From positions 5,920,001 through 5,984,000 of the forward strand of contig OZ250169.1 of assembly GCA_965237955.1 (NCBI GenBank): a stretch of 64,000 bases of DNA, written 5' to 3'. Each line of letters opens with the position of its first letter. The stretch's first letter is position 1. Origin of the DNA: Candidatus Marinacidobacterales bacterium (GTDB taxonomy: Bacteria; Acidobacteriota; Vicinamibacteria; Marinacidobacterales; SMYC01). Both the position numbers and the translations under genes were made by a program. The notes below the pieces were generated by a model. That model ran no database searches and was not told where the DNA came from. It saw nothing but the letters and a program-made list of their open reading frames with translations. Shown here piece by piece: positions 41,670-52,199 of the stretch.

Positions 41670-43363
41670 TTGGAGGGGACACTAGAGCGGGCCGGGCTGA
41701 CACAAGCCCTCCAAGGATTTCGCTCCGGTCGGCAAACCGGCGTGTTGCACCTGGACCAAGACGGTGCGACGAAGCGCGTTTACTTCAAGAAGGGCGACAT
41801 TGTCTTCGCCAGCTCTGACGTCGGGACCGAAAGGCTCGGGGAGATTCTGGTACGGAGTGGCAAGCTCACACGCTCCGAGCTCGAACTCGCGTGCAAGGTG
41901 CGGGAGAGTTCGCATCTCAGGCTCGGTAAGACGCTCGTCGACATGGGATACGTCAGCGACAGCGAGCTCGACGCCCTGGTCAAACGACAGGTCGAGTCGA
42001 TTCTTCTATCGTTGATCCTATGGGAAACGGGATCCTACCGTGCCGAGCTCCGAGATAACGCCCTCGACGAAAAAGACGAGGACCTGCTGCGCGCCGATAT
42101 CTCGACCGAGAACATTCTACTGGAGACAGTTCGTGGGCTCGATGACTCGGACGCGATTCGAAGCAGCATCGGGAACTTGACCGAACCCCTCCGCTTCGCG
42201 CGCGACCCCGAGTGGATCGGCAAGAACCTGAGGCTCACGCCCGAGGAAGGGTTCGTGTTGTCGCGCGTCGACGGAGAGTCGTCCGCGGATGAGATCGCGA
42301 GGCTATCACCGATGGGTGAAATCGAGACGCTTCGCTGCATTTGTGCGCTCGTCGTTGCCGGCGTGCTCGAAATCGAGTCGACCCGCGCGCCCGACGTGTC
42401 GTTCACACCGGTCGAGCCACTTCCGAAGGCGGCCGCACCACGACCGAATGCGGTAGAATTGCCTCCGATTGCGTCGCCTCCCAAGCCCGTGGAGGCACCG
42501 CCTCGAGATATGGCGGCTTCGCCCACGCCTGCGCCTACGCAAAACAACGAGCTGTCAGAAACGGCGCGACAGTTCCGAGAGGAAATGCTTCGCAAGCACC
42601 ATAACGCGCATCAGGTCACGTACTACGAGCTGCTCGACGTTGATGTCATGGCAACTCCGGACGAGATCAAAGCCGGGTATTTTCGTTTAGCCAAAAAACT
42701 CCATCCCGATCATCGAGCGGGCTTGAAGATTCACGATCCGGACGGCGCCTTCGATGACCTGTATCTCGCTGTCAAAGCTGCGTACGAGGTGCTCTCGAGT
42801 GAGACCGAACGCCGTCGATACGACTTCAGTCTCGAGAAGACGCGGCCGAAGCCTGCGACTCCTGCGGCCGAGCCGCCTCCCGCGGCGAACACCACCACCC
42901 GACCGAAACCAAAGGAAAAGGTCCGGCCGGCCCGCCTTCGCAACACTACGACGCCCGTCAGATGGCCCGCCTGCATTTCGCGAACGGCCAGCGCTTTTTC
43001 AACGAGGGGAGCTTTCACGAATCGATCGAAGAGCTCCAAGATGCGGTTCGTCTCGACGGGGGACAGGGCGAATACCACCGGCTGCTAGGCTACGCGCTCG
43101 CGAAGAACCCGAAGTGGCGACGTCGTGCCGAAACGCACTTTCTGAAAGTGCTCGAAATCGATCAGTTCGATATCGACACGATGATTGCGCTCGGCGAGAT
43201 CTACGAAGCCGGCGGCCTGGAGCAGCGCGCACGCAAAATCTATGAAGAGGCGCTCGGGTTGGATCCGGGCAACCGTCGAGCCCTCGAGAAGCTCGGTGGC
43301 GCCCCCCGCACCAACACCATCGACAAGCTCAAGGGAATGCTGCACCGAAGCAAAGGTCACTAA
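41670..43363 (+). pseudogene. DUF4388/PatA-N-like + DnaJ + TPR protein, frameshifted near 42930
   Basis: TGVLHL...VYFKKGDIVFA, J-domain YYELL...LHPD...AYEVLS; TPR segment continues in another frame (42962-43363). Confidence 0.75.
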
Positions 43364-43471
43364 GAATGCTCGGCTCACTTCGCGAGTCTGGACATCCCCC
43401 CCACTCCAGGCCCTCTCCTCCGTCGGGGGAGAGGGAGGGCCGGGGCGAGTCGCTTTGCGACTCGGTCTTTC

Positions 43472-43909
43472 TTAGAAGGGGACGTCTTCGTCGGTCGCCT
43501 TGAAGGGCTCACGGGTGAAGTCTTCGTCCGGTCCGGGAGGCGGTCCCGCATCTCGTGCCCCACCACCATCATCACCGCCGCGCCCGCCGAGCATGACCAT
43601 CTGGTCGGCTCTGACTTCGGTGGTGTAGCGCTTGTGGCCGTCTTTGTCTTCCCACGAGCGTGTTTGAAGGCGCCCTTCGATGTACACCTGCTTTCCTTTC
43701 GCCAAGTACTCTTTCGCGATTTCGGCGAGCTTGTCCCACGCGACCACGCGGTGCCACTCGGTGCGTTCTTGGCGTTGGCCCTGGGAATCTTTCCAGGAAT
43801 CCGAGGTGGCGAGGTTGAGATTCGCCACCGCGGTGCCGTCGCGGGTGTATCGGATCTCCGGGTCTCGCCCCAGGTTCCCGATGAGTATGACTTTATTGAC
43901 CCCTCTCAT
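43472..43909 (-). CDS. ssb: Single-stranded DNA-binding protein
   Basis: [21 protein letters not shown], acidic tail DEDVPF. Confidence 0.97.
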   Translation of the reverse strand: MRGVNKVILIGNLGRDPEIRYTRDGTAVANLNLATSDSWKDSQGQRQERTEWHRVVAWDKLAEIAKEYLAKGKQVYIEGRLQTRSWEDKDGHKRYTTEVRADQMVMLGGRGGDDGGGARDAGPPPGPDEDFTREPFKATDEDVPF

Positions 43910-44033
43910 GATTTCCTCCTGGATACCGTATCTTTAGTTCGATTTGCCATCAGCCGTCGGCCATCAGCCATCGGCTTCTTTTTAGTATTTATAGACGAGT
44001 TTTTGGTGTTCGGACCTCCCTACTTATTGGGTC

Positions 44034-44891
44034 TTATCGAGGAGGCGTCGTGCGCATGAGCCCTTCCAGACGCGAGCGGGCGATGCGCTGGTGCTGCGTT
44101 CGGGGAAACTGCTCGATAACCAGCTCGTACATCAACATCGCTTCCGAGCGCCGATCCATGTTCTCGAGCGACATCGCCTTCTTCAAGTAAGCGTCGGAGC
44201 GCTTGTTGCTGTCCGGATAGTCACGCACCACGGTGTCGAAGGAGTCGATCGCCCGCTCGTACCGGCGTTGGGCGAAGTAGCTTTCTCCGACCCAATAATG
44301 TGCGTTGTCCGCTAGGTCCCCACTAGGGTCGGTGGCGAGGACATCCTGGAATCCGGAGATCGCGAGGGCATACCGACCTTGGGTGTAGTCGATACGGGCT
44401 TGGTTGTAGATATCGGTGACGCTCGGACCAGCGGCGACCACGAGTGGAGGGGGAGCGTCCTCGGGGCTCCCGGCAGGTGTCTCGCCTTCGCCGTCTGCGG
44501 TCTCGACCGGCGGTAACAGGAGAGGTTGTTGGTTGTGTCTCATCGAGACGAGCTCTTGCTGCAGGTTTCCGAGGCGACCGTTGGTCTCGTCTACCCGGGC
44601 GGACAGCACGGAGAGGTCCTGCTCGAGTCGCTCGAGCGCGACGTTGCCGTCTGCGAGCGTTTTCCGGAGCGAGTCTTGCTGCGCGGCCGAGGCGACGGTG
44701 AGCTCGTCCAGCACCTTTTTCAAAGCAGCGTGCGAGCTTTGGATCTGCGACAGCTGCGCCTGAATCTGGCGGAGCTGCGCGAGGATGTTGTCCCGGTCTC
44801 GTTGCGCCGTCGCTTCCGGAGCGGAAAGGCTCACGATCGCGAGCGCGGCAACGATTGCAGGGATTGCCGGGATGAGGAGTTGACGCCTCAC
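44034..44891 (-). CDS. cpoB: Tol-Pal system protein CpoB/YbgF
   Basis: Signal peptide, coiled coil, TPRs (ADNAHYWVGE); follows pal. Confidence 0.9.
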   Translation of the reverse strand: MRRQLLIPAIPAIVAALAIVSLSAPEATAQRDRDNILAQLRQIQAQLSQIQSSHAALKKVLDELTVASAAQQDSLRKTLADGNVALERLEQDLSVLSARVDETNGRLGNLQQELVSMRHNQQPLLLPPVETADGEGETPAGSPEDAPPPLVVAAGPSVTDIYNQARIDYTQGRYALAISGFQDVLATDPSGDLADNAHYWVGESYFAQRRYERAIDSFDTVVRDYPDSNKRSDAYLKKAMSLENMDRRSEAMLMYELVIEQFPRTQHQRIARSRLEGLMRTTPPR

Positions 44892-44911
44892 ATCGGTCTC
44901 CTTTATTGCCT

Positions 44912-45505
44912 CTACTTTGCTGTGATCTCGAAGTGTCCGCGACGATTTCGGGTCCACGCGACCTCGTTGTGCCCCGGGTCGAGCGGGAACTCTTTTCCGT
45001 AGCTGATGGTCTTGAGGCGGCTCGCGTTGATGCCGAGGGTCACCAAGTAGTTGTAGACCGCGTTCGCGCGGCGCTCCCCGAGGGCAAGATTGTACTCGAC
45101 CGTTCCACGCTCGTCACAATGGCCCTCGATCAGAATCGTCATGCTCCCGTAGGTCTTCAGGGTGTCTGCGTGCTCGTCGAGCGTCGACCGCGCGTCGGCC
45201 GAAAGCGCAGCGCTGTCGTAGTAGAAACCTACGTCGGCGAGCGGCTGGCGCTCGTTGATGACGTCTAGCTCGAGATCGAGGATACCGAGCGGGTCATCCC
45301 TACCCATCACGATGAGATCGTCCCGCTCTTCGACGAGCACGTCACGCTCGGGCATCGTCTGCTGAGGGACGGTCGTCGTCGCTGGCGGGGCGGGACGGAA
45401 GGTCGTTGACGCCGGTGGGCGATCCACTTTGCCGCCACACGCCGCGACCAGCCACGAGACAACGAAGATTGCGAGCAGTTGGGATGGTATATGTTTTGTT
45501 CTCAA
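44912..45505 (-). CDS. pal: Peptidoglycan-associated lipoprotein
   Basis: Lipobox VAAC, IEGHCDERGTVEYNLALGERRA, ISYGKE, NRR. Confidence 0.96.
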   Translation of the reverse strand: MRTKHIPSQLLAIFVVSWLVAACGGKVDRPPASTTFRPAPPATTTVPQQTMPERDVLVEERDDLIVMGRDDPLGILDLELDVINERQPLADVGFYYDSAALSADARSTLDEHADTLKTYGSMTILIEGHCDERGTVEYNLALGERRANAVYNYLVTLGINASRLKTISYGKEFPLDPGHNEVAWTRNRRGHFEITAK

Positions 45506-45535
45506 TCGCTTTTCTCCTTGCGACGGCCAGTGTGC

Positions 45536-46909
45536 TCAGAAGTCTCCCCCGGTAATGGGGCCCCACTGGGCTGTCTTGTTGTTGCCGTTTCTGGTGAGCC
45601 GTCGTTGGTTGCTGCCATCGCGGTTCATCGTGTAAATCTGATCGGATCCGCCGCGACTGGACGTGAAAACAAGATGCAGACCGTTCGGTGACCAGTCGGG
45701 ACCTTCGTTGCTGCCCCGGCCGGTCGTGAGCTGACGCGTCTGCTTGGTCTGGAAGTCGTACACCACGATGTCGAACGGGCCGCGCTCGATACGAGACGCG
45801 TACGCGATCTCGCTGTATTGGCGTGATGGAGACCAGCTTGGCGAGTCGTTATAGCTGCCCTGGTACGAGATGCGGCGTAGATTGAGACCCTCGGTGTCCA
45901 TCGCGTAGATCTGCGGTGCCCCGGTTCGATCGGAAGTGAACGCGATCTCACGCCCCGTGGGCGACCAGCACGGCGACGTGTCGATGTCGGGGTGATGGGT
46001 GAGACGCTTCAGGCCAGTGCCATCGGCGTCGATGAGATAGAGCTCCGAGTTGCCATCTCGCGTCGACGTAAACGCGATCCGTCGTCCATCAGGAGACCAC
46101 GACGGATTGATGGCCATCCCGGCGCCGGTGTTGAAGATCTCGCCGCGTCCTTCGTAGATATGTGCCAGGTGGAGCGACGGTGTTCCGGTGCGGTACGAGA
46201 TGTACGCGAGTGTGCGCCCGTCGGGCGACCACGTGGGCGTCAAGTTCAGCGAGCGGTTCGCGGTGAGCGGCTTCTGGCTGAAGCCGTCGTAGTCCATGAT
46301 GTAGATCTCTTTGCTTCGCTCGCCGCGCCGATCGCTCGAGAACGCCAGCTTGGTTTGGCTGATGCCTTTGTAGTTGCCCGCCTGGATGAGGATATCGTCG
46401 GCGATGCGGTGCGCCATGCGCCGAGCCGCAGTGACCGGGCCTTCGTAGCGCTTACCGAATACCATCTCGTGAGCGAGGATGGCGTAGATTCTCACCTCGG
46501 TGATGAGCGTGTCCCGTTGGATCTCGGTGACACCTTTGATGAGGATGTCGGCGCCCACAGACTCCCATTGGTAGAAGTCGATCTTGCGCGGATCGGCCGA
46601 TGTCTGTGCGATGCTGTAGTTGCGTTTGGGAACGAGGCGGTAGATCGATGCGAACTCCATGTCGTTCCACACTACGCTCGAGATCGTTTGCGATGCGTCG
46701 GTCGCATCAGCTGTGCCGATTTCGAAGTCGGGGATCGCCATCCGCACCGCTCGTCCGGGATCGGTGATGTTGAAGTACCAATCGCCGCCGCTCGGCTGCG
46801 CGAGCGTCTGCTCTTGAATCGCATCGGCTGAACGCGTAATGCCTTTGAACGTGGTGAGTGCCGCGAAGACGACGCCCATGACGATCGAAGCTCTCAGTAG
46901 ATGTTTCAT
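45536..46909 (-). CDS. tolB: Tol-Pal beta-propeller protein TolB
   Basis: PD40 repeats (PTWSPDG, PSWSPDG), AHRIADDI; operon context. Confidence 0.93.
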   Translation of the reverse strand: MKHLLRASIVMGVVFAALTTFKGITRSADAIQEQTLAQPSGGDWYFNITDPGRAVRMAIPDFEIGTADATDASQTISSVVWNDMEFASIYRLVPKRNYSIAQTSADPRKIDFYQWESVGADILIKGVTEIQRDTLITEVRIYAILAHEMVFGKRYEGPVTAARRMAHRIADDILIQAGNYKGISQTKLAFSSDRRGERSKEIYIMDYDGFSQKPLTANRSLNLTPTWSPDGRTLAYISYRTGTPSLHLAHIYEGRGEIFNTGAGMAINPSWSPDGRRIAFTSTRDGNSELYLIDADGTGLKRLTHHPDIDTSPCWSPTGREIAFTSDRTGAPQIYAMDTEGLNLRRISYQGSYNDSPSWSPSRQYSEIAYASRIERGPFDIVVYDFQTKQTRQLTTGRGSNEGPDWSPNGLHLVFTSSRGGSDQIYTMNRDGSNQRRLTRNGNNKTAQWGPITGGDF

Positions 46910-46934
46910 GGCGCTCGGCTTCCCTCAGTAGGCC

Positions 46935-47672
46935 TCAGTAGTTGTCCGAATAGGTGAAACGCAAATGCACATCGACGCGATCGCGAGGATAGGAGTTGGG
47001 GAGCGGCGGCATGGGCTCCGCGAGTATCACCGCGCGCCTCGCGTTCCGATCGAGGATCGAGAGCGGTGACGACTGCTCGATTTCCACGTTCGCCACGCTA
47101 CCGTTTTTCAAGATGGTGAAGCGCACGATCACCACGGCGGTGCCTCGAACCGGCGTCCGTTGCCAGTTCTGGTGAATACGCCCCAGCATCTGTTGGACGT
47201 AATAAGCGTACTCGAAGTCCTGATCGAATGCCGAGCCACCGCCCACACCCCCGAGTCCGGGCGCACCCGGATTACCTTTCAACGGAGCCGATTCGGCGAT
47301 TGCAGCATCCGCGCCGCGAAGGCCGGAATCCTGCTTCGGTTTCTCCCACCGCGGCTTCTTTTTCACCGACGCGTCGGGCGCCGGGAGCTCCTCACGCTGC
47401 TCGACCGTTGGCCGCACGACCTTCGGCTCGTTTTTGGGGGGCTCCGGCTCCGGCTCCGGCTCCGGGGGCGTTGGGCTTCCGCCGCCGGCGCCCTGAATGG
47501 GTCCCGACTCTCCGAGGTTGATGAACATGCCCACGTTCGGTGCGGGCAACGCGGGGCCCGATGCCCCGAGGTAGCTAGCGAGCGCGAGCGACGTGAACAA
47601 AAGACCGTGAAAGGCACCGGACCACGCGAGCATCTTCTGGAAAGGGTCCTGGTCGCTTCGCGCAATACTCAT
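46935..47672 (-). CDS. TolA/TonB C-terminal-domain protein
   Basis: TM helix with SxxxH, Pro/Glu-rich linker, TonB_C-like domain. Confidence 0.85.
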   Translation of the reverse strand: MSIARSDQDPFQKMLAWSGAFHGLLFTSLALASYLGASGPALPAPNVGMFINLGESGPIQGAGGGSPTPPEPEPEPEPPKNEPKVVRPTVEQREELPAPDASVKKKPRWEKPKQDSGLRGADAAIAESAPLKGNPGAPGLGGVGGGSAFDQDFEYAYYVQQMLGRIHQNWQRTPVRGTAVVIVRFTILKNGSVANVEIEQSSPLSILDRNARRAVILAEPMPPLPNSYPRDRVDVHLRFTYSDNY

Positions 47673-47675
47673 GGG

Positions 47676-48164
47676 TCAGTTGAGCTTCTCTTCGGGATAC
47701 ACGTAGGCGAGGCCCACGGTATCCACTCCGGCTCGTTTCAGCAGGTCCATGATCTTGATGATTTCCTTGTATTGTAGCGTTTCGTCCGCACGCAGGTAGG
47801 CTACCCGAAGATTTTCGACTTCGACGCGCTGCTTGATCTCGTCTTCGAGGAGCTCGATGTTGACCGCTCGGTTGTTGACGAAGGTGCGACCCTGAGCATC
47901 AACGGTCACGATGGTGCGCTCCGACGGGCTGTCTCGCTGGAGCGTCGCCGAAGGCAAGCTCACATCCATCGAGCGCATCAACATCGGTGCTGTGATCATG
48001 AAAATAATGAGGAGCACGAGGACGACGTCAACGAACGGTGTGACGTTGATCTCGGACATCGTGTGGGTCGTGCTCATACGCTTTCGCGCCATGAGCATCG
48101 CCGTCACCGAACCGCCGAGCGGCGATCCGTGACTCGATCCGTTGTCGCCGTTTCCGACCTGCAC
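47676..48164 (-). CDS. tolR: TolR/ExbD biopolymer transport protein
   Basis: EINVTPFVDVVLVLLIIFMITAP; LRAD. Confidence 0.9.
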   Translation of the reverse strand: MQVGNGDNGSSHGSPLGGSVTAMLMARKRMSTTHTMSEINVTPFVDVVLVLLIIFMITAPMLMRSMDVSLPSATLQRDSPSERTIVTVDAQGRTFVNNRAVNIELLEDEIKQRVEVENLRVAYLRADETLQYKEIIKIMDLLKRAGVDTVGLAYVYPEEKLN

Positions 48165-48175
48165 GCCCGCCCCGT

Positions 48176-48880
48176 TTAAGTGAAGTTACGCTCGATGATA
48201 GAAATGTACTCTAGCGCGAAATCATCCATCTGCGTCGACAAACGCTTCACCCAGTTGACGTAAAAGTTGTAGAAGATGACGGCCGGGATCGCAGCGGCCA
48301 GTCCCGCTGCCGTGGCGATCAGAGCTTCGCTGAGTCCGGGCGCAACGACGGCGATGTTCGCCGACTGGATCGCACCAATGCGCTGGAACGCGTTCATGAT
48401 GCCCCATACGGTTCCGAAGAGCCCGATGAACGGCGTTGCGCTTCCGGTCGTTGCCAGAAAGGGAAGTCGCCGCTCGAGCTTCAGCACTTCCGTGTTGGAT
48501 GCCCGCACGAGCGAGCGAGCCACGCTTTCGAGGTTGTGGACGCGCGCGTCACCTTCGCCTTCTTTGGACTTGAGCTGGTAGTTGAGCTCGTTGTATCCGG
48601 AGAGGAACAAGCCCACGAGAGGACTCGTTCGCAGCTGATGGCACACCGCGTGGACTTCCGAGAACTTCTTGCTACGCCGGAAGATTTCGAGAAACGCGTC
48701 CGAATGCGATTCAGCCTTCCGTAGTGTCGTCCACTTGCTGAAGATGATGGCCCACGACACCAGTGAAAATACCAGCAGGATGAACAGCACCGTCAGGGAA
48801 ACGGGACCCGCTTCCAGAACCAGCTGGAAGGGATTCAGCGCCGGAGTCGTCTCGATGGCAGACGGGTTGATCTCGTGCAA
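48176..48880 (-). CDS. tolQ: TolQ/ExbB proton channel protein
   Basis: PFIGLFGTVWGIM, EALIATAAGLAAAIPA. Confidence 0.92.
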   Translation of the reverse strand: MHEINPSAIETTPALNPFQLVLEAGPVSLTVLFILLVFSLVSWAIIFSKWTTLRKAESHSDAFLEIFRRSKKFSEVHAVCHQLRTSPLVGLFLSGYNELNYQLKSKEGEGDARVHNLESVARSLVRASNTEVLKLERRLPFLATTGSATPFIGLFGTVWGIMNAFQRIGAIQSANIAVVAPGLSEALIATAAGLAAAIPAVIFYNFYVNWVKRLSTQMDDFALEYISIIERNFT

Positions 48881-48990
48881 GAGCTAGGGTTCCACCTCGG
48901 CGCAGTCAGACTTCGCCTCGAAACACAAGATACTGTGAGTCGCAGGGCACCCTACCACAAGGACTTGGGGTGTGTCAATGTTTCGGGTAT

Positions 48991-49080
48991 CAGCTTCCAG
49001 CTGCCAATATCCAGTCTCCAGCTGCTTTCAGCTCTACCTGACAAACAGCTGGAAGCTGGCAGCTGGAGACTGGAAGCTGC
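48991..49080. repeat. Inverted arrays of 7-bp repeats (CAGCTTC-like / GCTGGAA-like) in the tolQ-recN divergent spacer
   Basis: CAGCTTCCAGCTGCC...CCAGTCTCCAGCTGC faces CAGCTGGAAGCTGGCAGCTGGAGACTGGAAGCTG. Confidence 0.75.
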
Positions 49081-49112
49081 ATCATCTGAGCGCCTGATAT
49101 ACCATCCCCACC

Positions 49113-50792
49113 ATGCTGCGGTGGATCCGTGTCGAGAATATTGCAGTGATCGAGCGCCTCGAAGTGGATTTCGAACCGGGGTTGAACCTTCTCACCGGGG
49201 AGACCGGGGCAGGGAAATCCATTCTTGTCGATGCGCTCGGCCTCGTTCTCGGCAACCGGGCGTCGACCGAGCTCGTTCGAACCGGTGCGGAGACCGCGAT
49301 CGTGGAAGCGGGCTTCGAGATCGATCCGTTACCGGATGCATTGCGCGCGCGCCTCGACGCTGCCGGCATCGACCCGGACCATGAAGTCGTCATTCGCCGC
49401 GAAATCACCAAAGCGGGCCGCGGCAAAGTGGTCGTCAACGGAGCAGCGAGCTCACGAGCGCTTCTTGGTGATATCGCCACTTTTCTGGTAGACATTCACG
49501 GGCAAGGAGAAAACCTGACCCTTCTTCGTCCCGACGCCGGGCTCGAGCTCCTCGACCGATTCGGAGGCTCGAGTGCACTCCGCGAGCAAGTTCTGACTGC
49601 GTTCGCCGCGATTCAGGACATCGAGGACGCGCGGGCGCGGCTCGCACGCGCGGCCGAGGATCGCGAGACCAAGCGTGAGCTACGCGAGTTCGAGCTGCGC
49701 GAGCTCGATAACGCCGCGCTCGAAAGCGGTGAGGACGATGAGCTCGGAAACGAGCGCAACCTTTTGGCGCACGCTGAAAGGCTCAAAACGCTGTCGGAGC
49801 AAGCCTACGGAGCGCTCTATGACGAGGATGGCTCGGTCCTCTCACGTCTCAAGAGCGTCTTCTCCGATGTCGAGGAGCTCGGATCGATCGACGATCGCTG
49901 GAAGAGCTATGTCGCCGAGCGCGACGCGTTGACGGGGCAGCTGGAAGATCTCGCTCTCGACCTTCGTGACTACACGGGCGGGCTCGAGGTCTCGCCGGGG
50001 AAGCTCGACGACATCGAGTCGCGACTCGCTCTCCTCGAGCGGCTCAAGAAAAAATACGGCGGTACCCTCGAGGCGGTAATCGAAAGGCGAGAAGCCTGCC
50101 GTCGCGAGTTGGAGGATCTATCGAGCTCGACCGAGAAGCTCGAAGCGCTACATTCCAAGCTCGAGTCGAGTCGCAACAAATACAAAGCCCTCGCGACTGA
50201 GCTTTCAAAAATGCGCTCGAACGCGGCTAAACGGCTCGAGCGCGCGGTGACGAAAGAACTACCGAGCCTGGCACTCGAAAAGGCGCGGTTTTCAATCGCC
50301 ATGGGGACGGGCGATTGGCGCGAGACAGGCACCGACACCGTGGAGCTTCTGTTCTCGGCCAATCCGGGAGAGGATCCTCGCCCCCTCGTGCGCGTCGCTT
50401 CCGGCGGAGAGCTTTCACGGTTCATGCTGGCGCTGAAGTCCGTTTCGGCCAAGAGCGAAGATGCCAAGGTGCTGGTCTTCGACGAGGTCGATGCAGGCAT
50501 TGGCGGGCGCGTCGCGGATGCCGTGGGGGAGAAGCTCGAAGAGCTGGCAGCGCTTCATCAGATCATCTGCGTGACCCACTTGCCTCAGATCGCGAGCTTC
50601 GCGCCCGCGCACTACCGAATTGATAAGATAGAGCGCAAGGGCAGAATCGAGACGCGGATCGAGCGGCTCGACAACGAGGCGCGCGTCGACGAGATTGCAC
50701 GCATGTTGGCCGGGGCCGTGGTCACCGAAAGCGCCCGCAAGCACGCGCGCCAGCTCGTTACTGACAAAGTCAAGGTCAAGAGCGCCAGATGA
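49113..50792 (+). CDS. recN: DNA repair protein RecN
   Basis: LTGETGAGKS, VASGGELSR, FDEVDAGIGG, VTHLPQIA. Confidence 0.97.
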   Translation: MLRWIRVENIAVIERLEVDFEPGLNLLTGETGAGKSILVDALGLVLGNRASTELVRTGAETAIVEAGFEIDPLPDALRARLDAAGIDPDHEVVIRREITKAGRGKVVVNGAASSRALLGDIATFLVDIHGQGENLTLLRPDAGLELLDRFGGSSALREQVLTAFAAIQDIEDARARLARAAEDRETKRELREFELRELDNAALESGEDDELGNERNLLAHAERLKTLSEQAYGALYDEDGSVLSRLKSVFSDVEELGSIDDRWKSYVAERDALTGQLEDLALDLRDYTGGLEVSPGKLDDIESRLALLERLKKKYGGTLEAVIERREACRRELEDLSSSTEKLEALHSKLESSRNKYKALATELSKMRSNAAKRLERAVTKELPSLALEKARFSIAMGTGDWRETGTDTVELLFSANPGEDPRPLVRVASGGELSRFMLALKSVSAKSEDAKVLVFDEVDAGIGGRVADAVGEKLEELAALHQIICVTHLPQIASFAPAHYRIDKIERKGRIETRIERLDNEARVDEIARMLAGAVVTESARKHARQLVTDKVKVKSAR

Positions 50793-52114
50793 CAGTGATG
50801 CAAGACAAGAGCTATTTCATCGAGACGTGGGGCTGCCAAATGAACGCCCACGACAGCGAAAAGCTTGCCGGAAGCCTCAGACGCATGGGGCTATCGCTGA
50901 GCGCCTCGGAGAACGACGCCGATGTCGTCATCTTGAACACGTGCAGTGTTCGCGAGAAAGCTCAAGAGAAAGTCTTCGCGCGTCTGAGGAACTTGACCGC
51001 GCAGAAAAAGCATCGCTCTCTCGTCGTGGGCGTTACCGGTTGCGTTGCCCAGCAGGAAGGGGAAGCGATTTTCGAGCGCTCGCCCGACGTTGACTTCGTC
51101 CTCGGAACACAGAGCCTGGTGCAACTACCCGAGGTGATCGCGACGGTGGTGGGCAAGCACGAGCGAGTGGTCGAGCTCGGACGACACCCGGAAAACCTCG
51201 ATATCCCGCCGGAGCAAATCGAGCGCGTCGCGGGTGTCAAGGCGTACGTCACCATCATGGAAGGCTGTGACAATTTCTGCACATTTTGCATTGTTCCGTT
51301 CACTCGCGGGCGCGAACGTTGCCGAGCGATCGGGCACATCGTTCGTGAGGTGCGAGCGCTCGCGGACGCGGGTTTCCTCGAAGTCCAGCTGCTGGGACAG
51401 AATGTCAACTCCTACAAGGACCCGACGACCGGCGCGAGCTTCGAAGAGCTCCTCGATGTGGTCAACGAGGTCGACGGAATTCGACGTCTGAGGTTCACGA
51501 GCCCACATCCGAAGGACTTCGGTCGTCCCTTGATGGAACGCTTCCGTGACCTCGATAAGCTCTGCCCTCACATGCACTTGCCGGCGCAGTCCGGGTCGAC
51601 GTCGGTTCTCGAGCGCATGAACCGAGGTTACACGAGGGAAGAGCTTCTCGCGAAGGTGGAGCTCGCGCGTGAGATTGTTCCCGACCTCGCGCTGTCGACC
51701 GATCTCATCGTGGGGTTCCCGGGCGAAAACGATACCGACTTCGACGACACGTTAGAACTCATCAAAGAAGTCGCGTTCGACAGCATCTATTCGTTCAAAT
51801 ACTCCGAACGACCTTATACCTATGCCGGTCGCGAGCAACCCGACGACGTTCCCGAGCCCGTGAAGGCCGATCGACTCGCACGCTTACAGGCATCTCAGAA
51901 GCAGATCCAAGCCCGGAAGAACGCCGCGTTCGTTGGCCGCACGGTCGAAGTGCTCGTGGAAGGGCGCAGCAAGAAAGTTGCCGAAGAGCTCAGCGGACGC
52001 ACACCTGAAAACCGCGTGGTGAACTTCGTCGGGCATAGCGAACCGGGGAGACTCATCCCGGTACGCATCACGCGCTTTGGTCCCAACAGCCTGTTTGGAC
52101 AGTACGACCACTAA
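50789..52114 (+). CDS. miaB: tRNA methylthiotransferase MiaB
   Basis: TWGCQMN, NTCSVREKA, CDNFCTFC radical-SAM motif, TRAM domain. Confidence 0.96.
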   Translation: MTVMQDKSYFIETWGCQMNAHDSEKLAGSLRRMGLSLSASENDADVVILNTCSVREKAQEKVFARLRNLTAQKKHRSLVVGVTGCVAQQEGEAIFERSPDVDFVLGTQSLVQLPEVIATVVGKHERVVELGRHPENLDIPPEQIERVAGVKAYVTIMEGCDNFCTFCIVPFTRGRERCRAIGHIVREVRALADAGFLEVQLLGQNVNSYKDPTTGASFEELLDVVNEVDGIRRLRFTSPHPKDFGRPLMERFRDLDKLCPHMHLPAQSGSTSVLERMNRGYTREELLAKVELAREIVPDLALSTDLIVGFPGENDTDFDDTLELIKEVAFDSIYSFKYSERPYTYAGREQPDDVPEPVKADRLARLQASQKQIQARKNAAFVGRTVEVLVEGRSKKVAEELSGRTPENRVVNFVGHSEPGRLIPVRITRFGPNSLFGQYDH

Positions 52115-52154
52115 ATACTGTTGACATGGTCGCAACCAACCCCTATATTTAGTG
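52109..52154 (+). promoter_or_regulatory. Sigma70 promoter overlapped by two NrdR-box-like motifs
   Basis: TTGACA (52121-52126)-N17-TATATT (52144-52149); CACTAAATACTGTT at 52109 and CCCTATATTTAGTG at 52141, 32 bp apart. Confidence 0.7.
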
Positions 52155-52199
52155 GAAACCAACCAGTGGGGTCACCGGAAGGGTTTTAGGGTTTTATCA

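Noticed and set aside
2281-50792. Genome-wide TGA reassignment (code 4/25) as the explanation for the in-frame TGAs
   Set aside because: accA, the lptC/A gene, lptB, rpoN and recN all end properly at TGA
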